From positions 307,979 through 371,978 of the forward strand of contig JBAZWG010000001.1 of NCBI GenBank assembly GCA_041660505.1: a stretch of 64,000 nucleotides of DNA, given 5' to 3'. Of this stretch, positions 1 to 9,035 are shown one piece after another. Below the pieces are notes generated by a model, which made no database searches, was not told where the DNA came from, and saw only the letters and a list, made by a program, of their open reading frames with translations. Numbering within the stretch: position 1 is the first letter of the stretch; the number at the start of each line of letters is the position of its first letter. The DNA is from Minisyncoccota bacterium (GTDB taxonomy: Bacteria > Patescibacteriota > Minisyncoccia > Phycocordibacterales > JACRKE01). The translations under genes and the position numbers were made by a program.

Positions 1-308
1 AATGTGCCGTCGACAATTGCGTTCAGGCTTTTATGCAACACATAATCGTATAATGTATTGACTCCTTTGTTCGCCGCTCTTTGAAAAATATGAGCGTTCG
101 TACCATTGTAGCCCGGGCAGAGCTTTCTGATCTCGTCTGCATCAATCAGGATTGGCTTTTTGATAAACTTCTCGGCTAGTCGCCGAGCAACTTCGGTTTT
201 ACCCGCGCCCGGAGATCCGGCCATAAAAATCGTTATAAGCTTTACGTCGGTCTGATATTCATCGAGACTTGCGAACCGCCTGACAAGTTCTTTTGAGTGT
301 CGCTTAAT
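1..308 (-). CDS. Partial P-loop NTPase/kinase (zeta-toxin or AAA_33-like). The 3' end lies outside the window.
   Basis: The minus-strand translation reads ...VKLITIFMAGSPGAGKTEVARRLAEKFIKKPILIDADEIRKLCPGYNGTNAHIFQRAANKGVNTLYDYVLHKSLNAIVDGT. This is a Walker A motif (GSPGAGKT) preceded by a hydrophobic beta-strand. The ORF opens after an in-frame stop near 309-311, and the only ATG is inside the P-loop, so the true start is probably non-canonical. Confidence 0.4.
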   Translation of the reverse strand, partial: MKRHSKELVRRFASLDEYQTDVKLITIFMAGSPGAGKTEVARRLAEKFIKKPILIDADEIRKLCPGYNGTNAHIFQRAANKGVNTLYDYVLHKSLNAIVDGT

Positions 309-424
309 CTAGGTAAGAGCTTCCTCTGATTGTGTTTCCTCAATGTTCATTTTGATATTGTACCTCGTATACAAAGCAAACTCAATAAGTGGCGCAATCA
401 TGATTTTTGGGCTATAGTGGAGAG

Positions 425-2209
425 ATGAATATTGAAACCAAAACCTGCCAGAATTGCAAAAAGAGCTTTAATATTGAGCCGGAAGACTTTGAGTTTTACG
501 AAAAAATAAAAGTTCCTCCGCCTACTTTCTGTCCTGACTGCCGACTGAAAAGAAGACTGATCTGGAGAAATGAACGAGCTTTATTTAAAAGAAAGTGTGA
601 CGCCACAGGAAAGGAAATATTCTCCATGTTTCATCCTGACGCCCAAGTCAGAGTCTATGATCGCGATTATTGGTGGTCAGATTCATGGGATGCCACTGAT
701 TATGGCCGAGAATATGACTTTAATAGGCCATTTTTTGAACAATTCAAAGAACTTATCCGTGACGTGCCGTGGTTTAGCCGCTCGGTGAACGATACAGTGA
801 ACAGCGATTATTGTATGAATGCAGGGTGGCTCAAGAATTGCTACCTTCTTTTTTCTGCGGCTTATAACGAGAACTGCAACTATTCAGTAGACTTGGACAA
901 TTCGAGAGAATGTGCGGATTTGTTTTTCTGCAGTTATTGCGAACTTTGTTACACCTCTTGCGGCTGTTCAAATTGCTATAAGGTGTTCTATTCTGTAGAT
1001 TGTCGAAATTGCCAGGAAACATTTTACTCGAAAAATTGCACGAATTGTTCCAATATTTTCGGCTGTGTAAATTTAAACAATAAACAATATTGTATTTTTA
1101 ATCAGCAATATTCTGCCGAAGAATACAAAAATAAGCTGCTTGAATTAAATCCGTTCTCTTATGAAAATCTTGACGACAATGCTGAGAAATTCAAAGAGTT
1201 CGCTTACCGCTTCCCCGTTAGGTCTATGCACGGCAGGCAGAATGTTAATGTATCCGGAGATCATCTAAACAATTCAAAGAACGTCTCGAATTCTTATTAC
1301 TGCGGATCACTCGAAGACTCTCGTTTTTGCCAGTTCCTATTGACACCCCCTGGTTCGAGAGACTGTTACGACTTTACTGTTTTTGGCACAAATTCAGAAT
1401 TGGTATATGAAAACTGCCAATCGGGTATCGATGTTTCAAGACTAAAATTCTGCGCGTATATGTATCCGGCATCTCATGATGCTGAATATTCAATCACGTC
1501 TCCGTCTTCAAGCTATATCTTTGGCTGTGCCGGACTTAAAAGGAAACAATATTGCATCTTAAACAAGCAGTATAGTAAAGAAGAATACGAAGCGCTCGTA
1601 CCGAAGATAATTCAGCAGATGAATAATATGCCGTACATTGACGCGCAAAAGCGTGAATACAGATATGGGGAATTCTTTCCGATGGAACTTTCTCCCTTTG
1701 CCTACAACGAGACATTAATCTATGACTTGTTTCCGCTATCGCCAAACGAAGTGACGAGTAAAGGATATATCTGGCGAGAGCAGACCAAGAAGACTTATTC
1801 TATAACCAAACTGGCAAATGACTTGCCCGACAAAATCACAGATACTGATGATAGTATTGTAAACGAGGTAATTTCTTGTTTACATCAAGGTGATTGTCCT
1901 CATAATTGCGTTTCTGCATTCCGTATAACATCACAAGAACTTGATTTATTGCGAAGATTTAATCTTCCTCTCCCGCGTCTGTGTTTCGCTTGTCGACACA
2001 GTGAAAGACTTTCATACAGAAACCCGCTCAAGCTCTGGCACCGCCAGTGTCAGTGTGGAGGTTTAACCTCCACCAATAGTGTCTACCAAAATACCGTATC
2101 TCATACTCATGGCGTGAACCAATGCCAAAACACCTTTGAAACATCGTACGCTCCCGACCAGCCGGAGATTATCTATTGTGAATCTTGTTATCAGCAGGAA
2201 GTGGCCTAG
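425..2209 (+). CDS. Cysteine-rich protein, paralog 1 of a tandem triplet. It has zinc-ribbon-like N- and C-terminal domains. Family unknown.
   Basis: The track ORF is 407..2209; the start is chosen at MNIETKTCQNCKK by alignment with the paralog starts MNPETKxCQNC. The N-terminus has CxxC...CPxCRxxRR. An internal duplicated module ends FGCxNLNNKQYCIFNQQYSAEEY and again FGCAGLKRKQYCILNKQYSKEEYEAL. The C-terminus ends NTFETSYAPDQPEIIYCESCYQQEVA. Confidence 0.7.
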   Translation: MNIETKTCQNCKKSFNIEPEDFEFYEKIKVPPPTFCPDCRLKRRLIWRNERALFKRKCDATGKEIFSMFHPDAQVRVYDRDYWWSDSWDATDYGREYDFNRPFFEQFKELIRDVPWFSRSVNDTVNSDYCMNAGWLKNCYLLFSAAYNENCNYSVDLDNSRECADLFFCSYCELCYTSCGCSNCYKVFYSVDCRNCQETFYSKNCTNCSNIFGCVNLNNKQYCIFNQQYSAEEYKNKLLELNPFSYENLDDNAEKFKEFAYRFPVRSMHGRQNVNVSGDHLNNSKNVSNSYYCGSLEDSRFCQFLLTPPGSRDCYDFTVFGTNSELVYENCQSGIDVSRLKFCAYMYPASHDAEYSITSPSSSYIFGCAGLKRKQYCILNKQYSKEEYEALVPKIIQQMNNMPYIDAQKREYRYGEFFPMELSPFAYNETLIYDLFPLSPNEVTSKGYIWREQTKKTYSITKLANDLPDKITDTDDSIVNEVISCLHQGDCPHNCVSAFRITSQELDLLRRFNLPLPRLCFACRHSERLSYRNPLKLWHRQCQCGGLTSTNSVYQNTVSHTHGVNQCQNTFETSYAPDQPEIIYCESCYQQEVA

Positions 2210-2261
2210 TTTATAGATAACTTGACTACCTAGCGCAAAGGATATACAATATCGCTATCAC

Positions 2262-2310
2262 TACGAAGGAGACCCTTGTGTGTATCCGTACACATCGGGG
2301 GCTTTTTCTT
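2262..2310 (+). terminator. Candidate rho-independent terminator between convergent genes
   Basis: A GC stem (cccttgtgtgtatccgtacacatcggggg) is followed by ctttttctttt, downstream of the paralog-1 stop and opposite the NYN gene stop. Confidence 0.4.
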
Positions 2311-2311
2311 T

Positions 2312-2803
2312 TCAGACCCTCTTTCGTTGAAACTTATGGTATTGCTCATTCAAAAAAAGCAGGTTTATATTCTTGTTTTTGAGGAGGATAGAGCACTTGC
2401 CTTTATTGGGCGCAACAACTCCGCCGAGCGCTGATTCATTTTGTAAGAATTCCACCAGACAGCCGAAGTCGCCATCGCCGGTAACAAGCACGGCCGAATC
2501 ATACGCTTTAGTATAAAAATCAGAGACGGCCTTAAGCACCAATTCGGCATCGCAGTTCCCTTTCACTAGACCCTCAAATGTTATGGTTTGTTTGAAAATA
2601 AGAACAAAGCCACATATCTGCAAATATTCGTAAAATTTCGCTCGGTCAGGAACGAGTCCTATAAACAGATAGCAATGTGCGGGATTATACTTCTGCCGTA
2701 ACCAACCGCGAAATTTCTTATAATCGATCTCAAATCCCAGCTCTTTTGCTCCGCGATAGAGGTTATTCCCGTCAATATAAATATTTATTCTCTTCACAAC
2801 CAA
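2312..2803 (-). CDS. NYN-domain (LabA/DUF88-like) PIN-fold protein
   Basis: 163 aa. The sequence IYIDGNNLYRGAKELGFEIDYKKF...AVLVTGDGDF is typical of the NYN/LabA nuclease fold. Confidence 0.65.
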   Translation of the reverse strand: MVVKRINIYIDGNNLYRGAKELGFEIDYKKFRGWLRQKYNPAHCYLFIGLVPDRAKFYEYLQICGFVLIFKQTITFEGLVKGNCDAELVLKAVSDFYTKAYDSAVLVTGDGDFGCLVEFLQNESALGGVVAPNKGKCSILLKNKNINLLFLNEQYHKFQRKRV

Positions 2804-2896
2804 ATTCTAACATATTGCGCACAAAGATGTATAAAACAAGAAAACCCGCCGGGTGGACAGATTTTCTTGTCCCCCCTTTGCGGGCTTTAAAATGCG

Positions 2897-3220
2897 CTAT
2901 TCGACACTCACCTTCTCTCCCTCGGCTGTCAGATACGTCCGGGGATAGACTACTACCACCTCCTCCCCTTCGACCGGGTGGATTGCCCAGTCGCCGAGGC
3001 GACCCTCGGACTTGGCCTCGGTATCGGCGGGGAGAATCGTCACCTCTTCGATCTCCCAGAAGAGGGCAAGCAGGCAGAACACCACGCCTGCGACCAGCAG
3101 GCCGCAGGCGCCTGCCGCGATAGCCGGGTAGGCCATCGCGAAGAGGATCGCCCCGTATCCCGCGAGACACGAGATCTCGCAGAAGAGAGCAACTCGAAAA
3201 AAAGTCTTGAAAGAAATCAC
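2897..3220 (-). CDS. Small hypothetical membrane protein inside a GC-rich islet
   Basis: 107-aa ORF with two hydrophobic helices (AGYGAILFAMAYPAIAAGACGLLVAGVVFCLLALFW). Local GC is much higher than the flanks. The overlapping Arg-rich plus-strand ORFs look like GC artefacts. Confidence 0.3.
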   Translation of the reverse strand: MISFKTFFRVALFCEISCLAGYGAILFAMAYPAIAAGACGLLVAGVVFCLLALFWEIEEVTILPADTEAKSEGRLGDWAIHPVEGEEVVVVYPRTYLTAEGEKVSVE

Positions 3221-3351
3221 TGGGATTCCCTCCTGTCAAAAAGCGCTTTGCGTAGTGCTGCGCCGGAGATATTAAAACATATAAAAGAGAGAAAGTCCAG
3301 AGCGAATTATTCTGATGCGTTTGTTTGGATTTTAGGATATAATTACTCAAT

Positions 3352-5106
3352 ATGAACCCGGAAACAAAGGCTTGTCAGAATTGTAAAAAGCACTTCACTA
3401 TAGATTCTAGAGACTTTGAATTTTACGAAAAAATAAGTGTTCCCCAGCCGACTTGGTGCCCTTGGTGCCGGATGATTCGGCGCATGGCCTTCTGGAATGA
3501 GCGTAGCTTCTTTAGGCGCACAGGAGACGATGGCAAACCGGTGCTATCAACTTACCCTCAAGAGTCTCTCTTCAAAATTATAGACGAGGATAAGTGGTGG
3601 TCAGACAGCTTCGATACATTAAGCTATGGCAGGGATTACGATTTTTCTCGACCGTTTTTCGACCAACTTAAAGAATTAGCCTCTACTGTGCCCTTCCCCC
3701 ACCGCGCCGGGATGGAATTGATAGATAGCGAGTATTCCAATAACTCAAACCATCTGAAGAACTGCTACATGTGCTTTAATTCCGCCAAGTGCGAAGACTC
3801 TTTATATTGCGTATTTTCTGGCGCGGTAAAAAATTGCATCGACATACTAAGCGGGTCGGACTGCGAGCTGTGCTATAACCTCGAGACCGGGAGCAGATGT
3901 CATAAAGTCTTCTTTGCCAGCAACACCGACGGCTGTATCAACTCGTGGCTCATGTACAACTGCAACAACTGCAGTGACTGCTTAGGTTGTGTTAATCTGC
4001 ATAAAGCGCAATATCACATCTTCAATAAGCCGTATTCTAAAGAAGAATACTTTAAGAAATTAGGAGGGTTAAATCTTGGCTCGCACCGAGCGCTCGAAGA
4101 ACACAAGAACGTCTGGCATGAGCTAATGCTCAAGTCTCCGAGAAAGTACTATGTCGGGATACAGAATGTGAATTCTATCGGCGATCTTGTCGCCCACTCC
4201 AAAGACGCTAAATATTGTTACGAAGCCTATGGGTTGGAAAGTGTTGCTTATTCCCAAGCACTGGCGCCTACGGTCCGCGATAGTTACGACTTCACCAACT
4301 GGGGCGTTAATGCCGAGAGAGTTTATGAGGCGGTAGATTGCGGCATACACGCATATGATATTAAATTCTCCTTCGGCTGTTCGCCGAACTGTAAAAATAT
4401 ACAATATTCGCTTGGTATTTTCTCCTCATCAGACTGCTTCGGTTGTGTCGCTACTAAAAAGGCACAGTATTGCATCTTGAATAAGCAATATAGTAAAGAA
4501 GAATACGAGGCACTCATACCGAAGATCGTCGAGCACATGAATGCGATGCCATACATTGACGCGCTTGGCCGGAAATATACATACGGCGAATTTTTCCCGC
4601 CCGATATGGCGCCATACGCGGCGAACGAGACTGCTCTGCTCGACTTTACCGATTTAGATGAAGAAAAGTCAGAGGCCTTCGGTCTAATCTGGCGCGAGAC
4701 TAAAACAGCAGAATATAAAACGACTATACAAGCGAAAGATCTGCCGGACAATATCAAAGACGCCGGTGAGAATATTACGAAAGAGATTATCGCCTGTGCC
4801 GGGTGCGAGAGAGCTTACAGAATTATTCCCACAGAGTTCACTTTTTATAAAACATACTCTATTCCTATACCCCGCAAATGCCATAATTGCAGATTTAAAG
4901 ATAGAGTAGCCTTCCGCAATCTGCCCAAGTGGTACCCCGGCAAGTGTAAGTGCGGAGGTCTCGCCTCCGCCAATGGGATGTACCAAAACACCGCAGAACA
5001 CCCACACGGCGCAGAACCCTGCCCCAACACCTTCGAGACGACGTACGCACCCGACCGTCCAGAAATTATTTACTGCGAGAAGTGTTATCAGCAGGAAGTG
5101 GTATAA
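3352..5106 (+). CDS. Cysteine-rich protein, paralog 2 of the tandem triplet
   Basis: 584 aa. It shares MNPETKACQNCKKHFTIDSRDFEFYEKISVPQPTWCPWCRMIRRMAFWNE with the other paralogs, has the internal motif KAQYCILNKQYSKEEYEALIPKIVEHMNAMPYIDA, and ends NTFETTYAPDRPEIIYCEKCYQQEVV. Confidence 0.75.
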   Translation: MNPETKACQNCKKHFTIDSRDFEFYEKISVPQPTWCPWCRMIRRMAFWNERSFFRRTGDDGKPVLSTYPQESLFKIIDEDKWWSDSFDTLSYGRDYDFSRPFFDQLKELASTVPFPHRAGMELIDSEYSNNSNHLKNCYMCFNSAKCEDSLYCVFSGAVKNCIDILSGSDCELCYNLETGSRCHKVFFASNTDGCINSWLMYNCNNCSDCLGCVNLHKAQYHIFNKPYSKEEYFKKLGGLNLGSHRALEEHKNVWHELMLKSPRKYYVGIQNVNSIGDLVAHSKDAKYCYEAYGLESVAYSQALAPTVRDSYDFTNWGVNAERVYEAVDCGIHAYDIKFSFGCSPNCKNIQYSLGIFSSSDCFGCVATKKAQYCILNKQYSKEEYEALIPKIVEHMNAMPYIDALGRKYTYGEFFPPDMAPYAANETALLDFTDLDEEKSEAFGLIWRETKTAEYKTTIQAKDLPDNIKDAGENITKEIIACAGCERAYRIIPTEFTFYKTYSIPIPRKCHNCRFKDRVAFRNLPKWYPGKCKCGGLASANGMYQNTAEHPHGAEPCPNTFETTYAPDRPEIIYCEKCYQQEVV

Positions 5107-5114
5107 TGACTGGC

Positions 5115-5150
5115 AAGGTTCAACCTTGGGCATTCAAAAGGTTGAACCTT
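5115..5150. repeat. Paired palindromic element AAGGTTCAACCTT-N-AAGGTTGAACCTT (family 1)
   Basis: aaggttcaaccttgggcattcaaaaggttgaacctt lies between paralog 2 and paralog 3. It is the same unit found at nine other sites in the window. Confidence 0.8.
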
Positions 5151-5160
5151 AAGACAGACC

Positions 5161-6900
5161 ATGAACCCAGAAACTAAAAGTTGCCAAAACTGCCAAAACC
5201 CGTTCGTCATCGAGCCGGAGGATTTCGGGTTTTACCAAAAGATAAAAGTTCCCCCGCCGACTTGGTGTCCGGAGTGTCGAAATGTACGACGAATGGCGTG
5301 GAGGGAGTATATGACCCTGTATCGCGGCGTTTGTGCGATGTGCCAGAAACAAATCGTAACCATTCATGCCCCGGGCGGGCCATTCACCATCTATTGCCGA
5401 GAATGCTTCAGATCAGACAAATGGAGCCCTCTTGACTATGGTAGAGATTACGACTTCGACTCTCCGTTTTTTACACAATATCGTCGCTTGATGGAAGCAG
5501 TCCCCCGACCGGCGTTAACCGGCTCGAATCTTGTGAACAGCGATTACACTCACGCCTGCGAGAGCATTAAAAACTGCTACTACACTTTCTTTAGTTTCCA
5601 AACCCAAGATTCGGAAAATTGCTATGCGCTATTTCTGTCTCAAAATTGCTTCGACTGCTATGTGACTGACAATTCTAACCAGGCTTATGAATCATTGCAT
5701 TCAAACAGATTGTACAGAGTGAGTTTCGGCTACTTCGCTGATGAATGCCTAGAATCGTCTTTCTTGTATGACTGTGTCGGCTGTTCAGACTGCTTCGGTT
5801 GTATAAATTTGAGGAAACAAAAATACTGCATTTTTAACGAGCAATTTTCCAAGGAAGATTACAAAGAAAGGATAAAATATTGGGATATCGGCAGTTATGC
5901 CAAACTCAAAGAAGCAAAGAAAAAATTCAGGGAACTCTATCTTTCTACGCCCCACCGTTATGCCAACATCCATCATAGCCAAGATGTTACCGGCGATATC
6001 ATTCGAGACGCTAAAAACTGCCACGCGTGTTTTTCTGCACTTGATGGTGTGGAAAATTGCAAATACCTGTATTTGGGCGGCTTAAACTTGAAAGACAGCA
6101 TGGATGTGAGCGGTGTTGGGTTGTCATCTGCGCTCCTATATGAAGTTTTTGGGATTACCGGAAATGCGTTTCGATGCTTTTTTTCTGTAGGCGGCGGTAA
6201 TTCCCAGAATACCTGGTATAGCGATTGGGCTAATAATTCATCGGACATCTTCGGCTGTATCTCTGTTAAGAATGTTAAAAATTGTATTTTAAATAAAAAG
6301 TATTCAAAAGATGAGTATGAGGCAATGATCACGAAGATCAAGAAACAAATGGACGAAGTCCCGTATGTCGACAAAAAGGGCAGAATATATAAGTTCGGCG
6401 AGTTCTTTCCGACTGAACTATCCGCTTATGCGTACAATGAATGTTTCGGGTTCCCGTTCTATCCGAAGACAAAAGAAGCGGTATTGGCCGAAAACTGGCG
6501 ATGGCAAGAATCAGCTGTCAGATCATATAATATCACCAAGGAGCCGCTAGATTTACCGGACAATATTCGAGATACTCCAGATTCTATTTGCAATGAAATT
6601 GTCGGCTGTATCGATTCCGATTGTGGCCATCAGTGCACCACAGCCTTCAGGATAAGCAAAAATGAACTCAATTTTTACAGGAGCATGAATGTCGCCTTGC
6701 CGAGGAAATGCCCGACATGCCGCACAGATGAACGCTTCGCTTGGCGGAACCGATATACTCTCTGGGAAAGACAATGTATGTGCGCGGTTGAGAGTCATGG
6801 TCATGGCAAACAATGCATAAACCGCTTCGAAACTACCTTCTCACCTGAGAAACCGGAGATTATTTACTGCGATCAATGTTATAAAGCAGAATTTATCTAA
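5161..6900 (+). CDS. Cysteine-rich protein, paralog 3 of the tandem triplet
   Basis: 579 aa. It starts MNPETKSCQNCQNPFVIEPEDFGFYQKIKVPPPTWCPECRNVRRMAWRE, carries a second CxxC...CxxC ribbon (CAMCQK...YCRECF), and ends INRFETTFSPEKPEIIYCDQCYKAEFI. Confidence 0.75.
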   Translation: MNPETKSCQNCQNPFVIEPEDFGFYQKIKVPPPTWCPECRNVRRMAWREYMTLYRGVCAMCQKQIVTIHAPGGPFTIYCRECFRSDKWSPLDYGRDYDFDSPFFTQYRRLMEAVPRPALTGSNLVNSDYTHACESIKNCYYTFFSFQTQDSENCYALFLSQNCFDCYVTDNSNQAYESLHSNRLYRVSFGYFADECLESSFLYDCVGCSDCFGCINLRKQKYCIFNEQFSKEDYKERIKYWDIGSYAKLKEAKKKFRELYLSTPHRYANIHHSQDVTGDIIRDAKNCHACFSALDGVENCKYLYLGGLNLKDSMDVSGVGLSSALLYEVFGITGNAFRCFFSVGGGNSQNTWYSDWANNSSDIFGCISVKNVKNCILNKKYSKDEYEAMITKIKKQMDEVPYVDKKGRIYKFGEFFPTELSAYAYNECFGFPFYPKTKEAVLAENWRWQESAVRSYNITKEPLDLPDNIRDTPDSICNEIVGCIDSDCGHQCTTAFRISKNELNFYRSMNVALPRKCPTCRTDERFAWRNRYTLWERQCMCAVESHGHGKQCINRFETTFSPEKPEIIYCDQCYKAEFI

Positions 6901-7024
6901 TATGTTTTGGAAGTTGAAGAAATATCGTTACTTGTTTAACATACTATGGCAATCTATTGTATTTAAGATTAAGATATTTTGGTATAACTTGCTAAAATAA
7001 GATTAAAAGCTAATTATAAATCAT

Positions 7025-7591
7025 ATGGAGACACATCGTTCGAAGGTGCTTAAGTGGATTCTGACTATCGCCATTGTTATCGTGCTTAACCTGTTCTTCA
7101 CCTTCGCCATACGTCTCGGATATAAGGAGCCTTTGCGCGAAGCATTCTGCCCTGTCAACCAGGTCAACGAGCAGATTACTAGTAAAGACAAGTGCGTCAG
7201 TGCCGGCGGACAGTGGAACGAGTACGGTACGATGGTATCTCCGGACGGCTACAGCCAACCGGTTAAGGTGGCGCCGGCCGGGACGGTCGTGCTCACGGGC
7301 TCATGCTGGTTGGAGTACACTTGCCTTAAGAACTTCGATGCAGTGCTATCGGTTTATAACCGCAACGTGTTCGTGATACTTATAATCTTGGGAGTAATCT
7401 CGCTCGGCGTGGGCTATGCAGTCGGCGCGAGCTCGGCCGTATCACTCGGACTTTCGCTCGGCGGCATCTTGGCTCTTATCATCGCCTCGATGCGCTATTG
7501 GTCTGACATGGACGACATCGTGCGAGTCATCGTCCTCGCCATCGCTCTCGTCGCCCTCCTCTGGTTCGGGATTAAGAAATTCAAGGACTAA
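7025..7591 (+). CDS. Hypothetical integral membrane protein
   Basis: 188 aa. It has an N-terminal TM helix (ILTIAIVIVLNLFFTFAI) and C-terminal TM helices. The upstream region is AT-rich and promoter-like. Confidence 0.5.
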   Translation: METHRSKVLKWILTIAIVIVLNLFFTFAIRLGYKEPLREAFCPVNQVNEQITSKDKCVSAGGQWNEYGTMVSPDGYSQPVKVAPAGTVVLTGSCWLEYTCLKNFDAVLSVYNRNVFVILIILGVISLGVGYAVGASSAVSLGLSLGGILALIIASMRYWSDMDDIVRVIVLAIALVALLWFGIKKFKD

Positions 7592-7600
7592 ACGAACGAA

Positions 7601-7636
7601 AAGGTTCAACCTTTTGCTTGCTTAAGGTTGAACCTT
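7601..7636. repeat. Family-1 paired palindrome
   Basis: aaggttcaaccttttgcttgcttaaggttgaacctt sits in the convergent gap before rplE. A degenerate agaaggtttaaccttct follows at 7656-7672. Confidence 0.75.
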
Positions 7637-7669
7637 CCTGTGCTTTATTTTTTTAGAAGGTTTAACCTT

Positions 7670-8203
7670 CTATTTCTTGAACGGGACGCCGATGGCTCTT
7701 AAGAGCGCTTCGGTCTGCTTCTTGTCTTTGCTTGTAGTCGTGAAGGTGACGGCCATACCGAAGGCGTCTTTGATGTCTTCATCGGCTGACTCGGGGAAGA
7801 TGGTGTGTTCTTTAATACCCAGGGTATAGTTGCCCATCGCGTCGATACCTGTAACAGGATAGCCACGGAAGTCGCGGATACGAGGCAATGTGATGTTCAA
7901 AAGTTTATCGAGGAAGCCGTACATGCGGGCACCGCGGAGGGTCACCTTCATACCGACGATATCGCCCTGGCGAGATTTGAATGACGCGATAGCAATCTTG
8001 GCCGGGCGCGGAGACGGCTTCTGGCCGGTAATCTTAGCCAAGCGTTCCGAGACGAGCTCAAGGCGCTTCTTGTCGTGGTTCTTGCCGGTACCAACAGAGA
8101 CCACTACTTTCGTCAGTTTAGGCACAGCCATCACGTTCGTCAGCTTGAACTGCTCCTTGAGCTTGGGGGCTTCTGCTTTGTATTTTTCTTGTACGGATGC
8201 CAT
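7670..8203 (-). CDS. rplE: 50S ribosomal protein L5
   Basis: 177 aa. MASVQEKYKAEAPKLKEQFKLTNVMAVPKLTKVVVSVGTG... is a canonical L5 sequence. Confidence 0.95.
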   Translation of the reverse strand: MASVQEKYKAEAPKLKEQFKLTNVMAVPKLTKVVVSVGTGKNHDKKRLELVSERLAKITGQKPSPRPAKIAIASFKSRQGDIVGMKVTLRGARMYGFLDKLLNITLPRIRDFRGYPVTGIDAMGNYTLGIKEHTIFPESADEDIKDAFGMAVTFTTTSKDKKQTEALLRAIGVPFKK

Positions 8204-8217
8204 ATTTTTTGTCTATC

Positions 8218-8255
8218 TTAAGGTTCAACCTTTTGGATGCCTAAGGTTGAACCTT
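8218..8255. repeat. Family-1 paired palindrome
   Basis: ttaaggttcaaccttttggatgcctaaggttgaacctt lies between rplX and rplE. Confidence 0.8.
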
Positions 8256-8263
8256 GCTAGTCA

Positions 8264-8572
8264 TTATTCAAGTTCTGCTCCAGACTTCTTTGTTACGCGA
8301 GTCTTCTTCTCGCCAATCATCTTCACGCCCGTGCGGGTCGGCTTGTCGCTCTTCGGGTCTACGATCATCACGTTCGAGACGTGCATTGGCGCGGCTTGTT
8401 CCACAATCTGACCTTTCTGCCCTTGCTTGCGTGGCTTCTGGTGAGACTTCTTGATATTGACGCCCTCAACAAGCACCTTGTTGTCGGCAGGAAAGGCACG
8501 GAGTACTTTGGCCACTTTGCCACGATCCTTACCTTTTACCACCATTACTTTGTCGCCTTTTTTGATTTTCAT
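8264..8572 (-). CDS. rplX: 50S ribosomal protein L24
   Basis: MKIKKGDKVMVVKGKDRGKVAKVL... matches the KOW-domain L24 protein. Confidence 0.93.
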   Translation of the reverse strand: MKIKKGDKVMVVKGKDRGKVAKVLRAFPADNKVLVEGVNIKKSHQKPRKQGQKGQIVEQAAPMHVSNVMIVDPKSDKPTRTGVKMIGEKKTRVTKKSGAELE

Positions 8573-8645
8573 GATTTTGTTTTTGACTTTCTCCTCAACA
8601 CTCGGTGTTTAGTGCTCCCAACACCGAGTGTTTTCCCGAAAGTCT

Positions 8646-9026
8646 TTATACCACCTCTGGTGCGAGAGAAATAATCTTCTGATAACCGACCTCACCGAGC
8701 TCGCGCGGGATAGGACCGAATACGCGGCCGCCGATTGGCTCTTTCTTCTTCTTCGTATCTTTGTCGATAATAACCACCGCATTCTCGTCGAAGCGCAGGT
8801 AGGTACCGTCCTTGCGGCGGAAGGCCTTCTTCTGGCGCACCACAATAGCCTTTAAGACATCCTTCTTCTTGATCTGGCGGCGCGGTTCGGCAACCTGGAC
8901 GGACAGGATAACCATCTCGCCAATCTCGGCGTAGTGCTTCTTGGAACCGCCAAGCACCTTGAAGATGCGTCCGATACGGGCTCCGGTGTTGTCTGCGATC
9001 TTTACAATTGAGCGTGGTTGAATCAT
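8646..9026 (-). CDS. rplN: 50S ribosomal protein L14
   Basis: MIQPRSIVKIADNTGARIGRIFKVLGGS... matches L14. Confidence 0.95.
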   Translation of the reverse strand: MIQPRSIVKIADNTGARIGRIFKVLGGSKKHYAEIGEMVILSVQVAEPRRQIKKKDVLKAIVVRQKKAFRRKDGTYLRFDENAVVIIDKDTKKKKEPIGGRVFGPIPRELGEVGYQKIISLAPEVV

Positions 9027-9035
9027 GGTAGTTTT

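Noticed and set aside
2221-2250. Sigma70-like TTGACT-N17-TACAAT followed by a hairpin plus T-run, a possible ~50-nt small RNA
   Set aside because: It could equally be chance promoter-like sequence sitting in front of the bidirectional terminator of two convergent genes. There is no way to support an sRNA without expression data.
2677-3355. Plus-strand ORFs 2677..3123 and 2978..3355, and minus-strand ORF 2772..3350, encoding Arg/Pro/Gly-rich peptides
   Set aside because: The low-complexity, extremely basic translations are typical of off-frame reading through a GC-rich patch. Only the 107-aa membrane ORF has protein-like composition.
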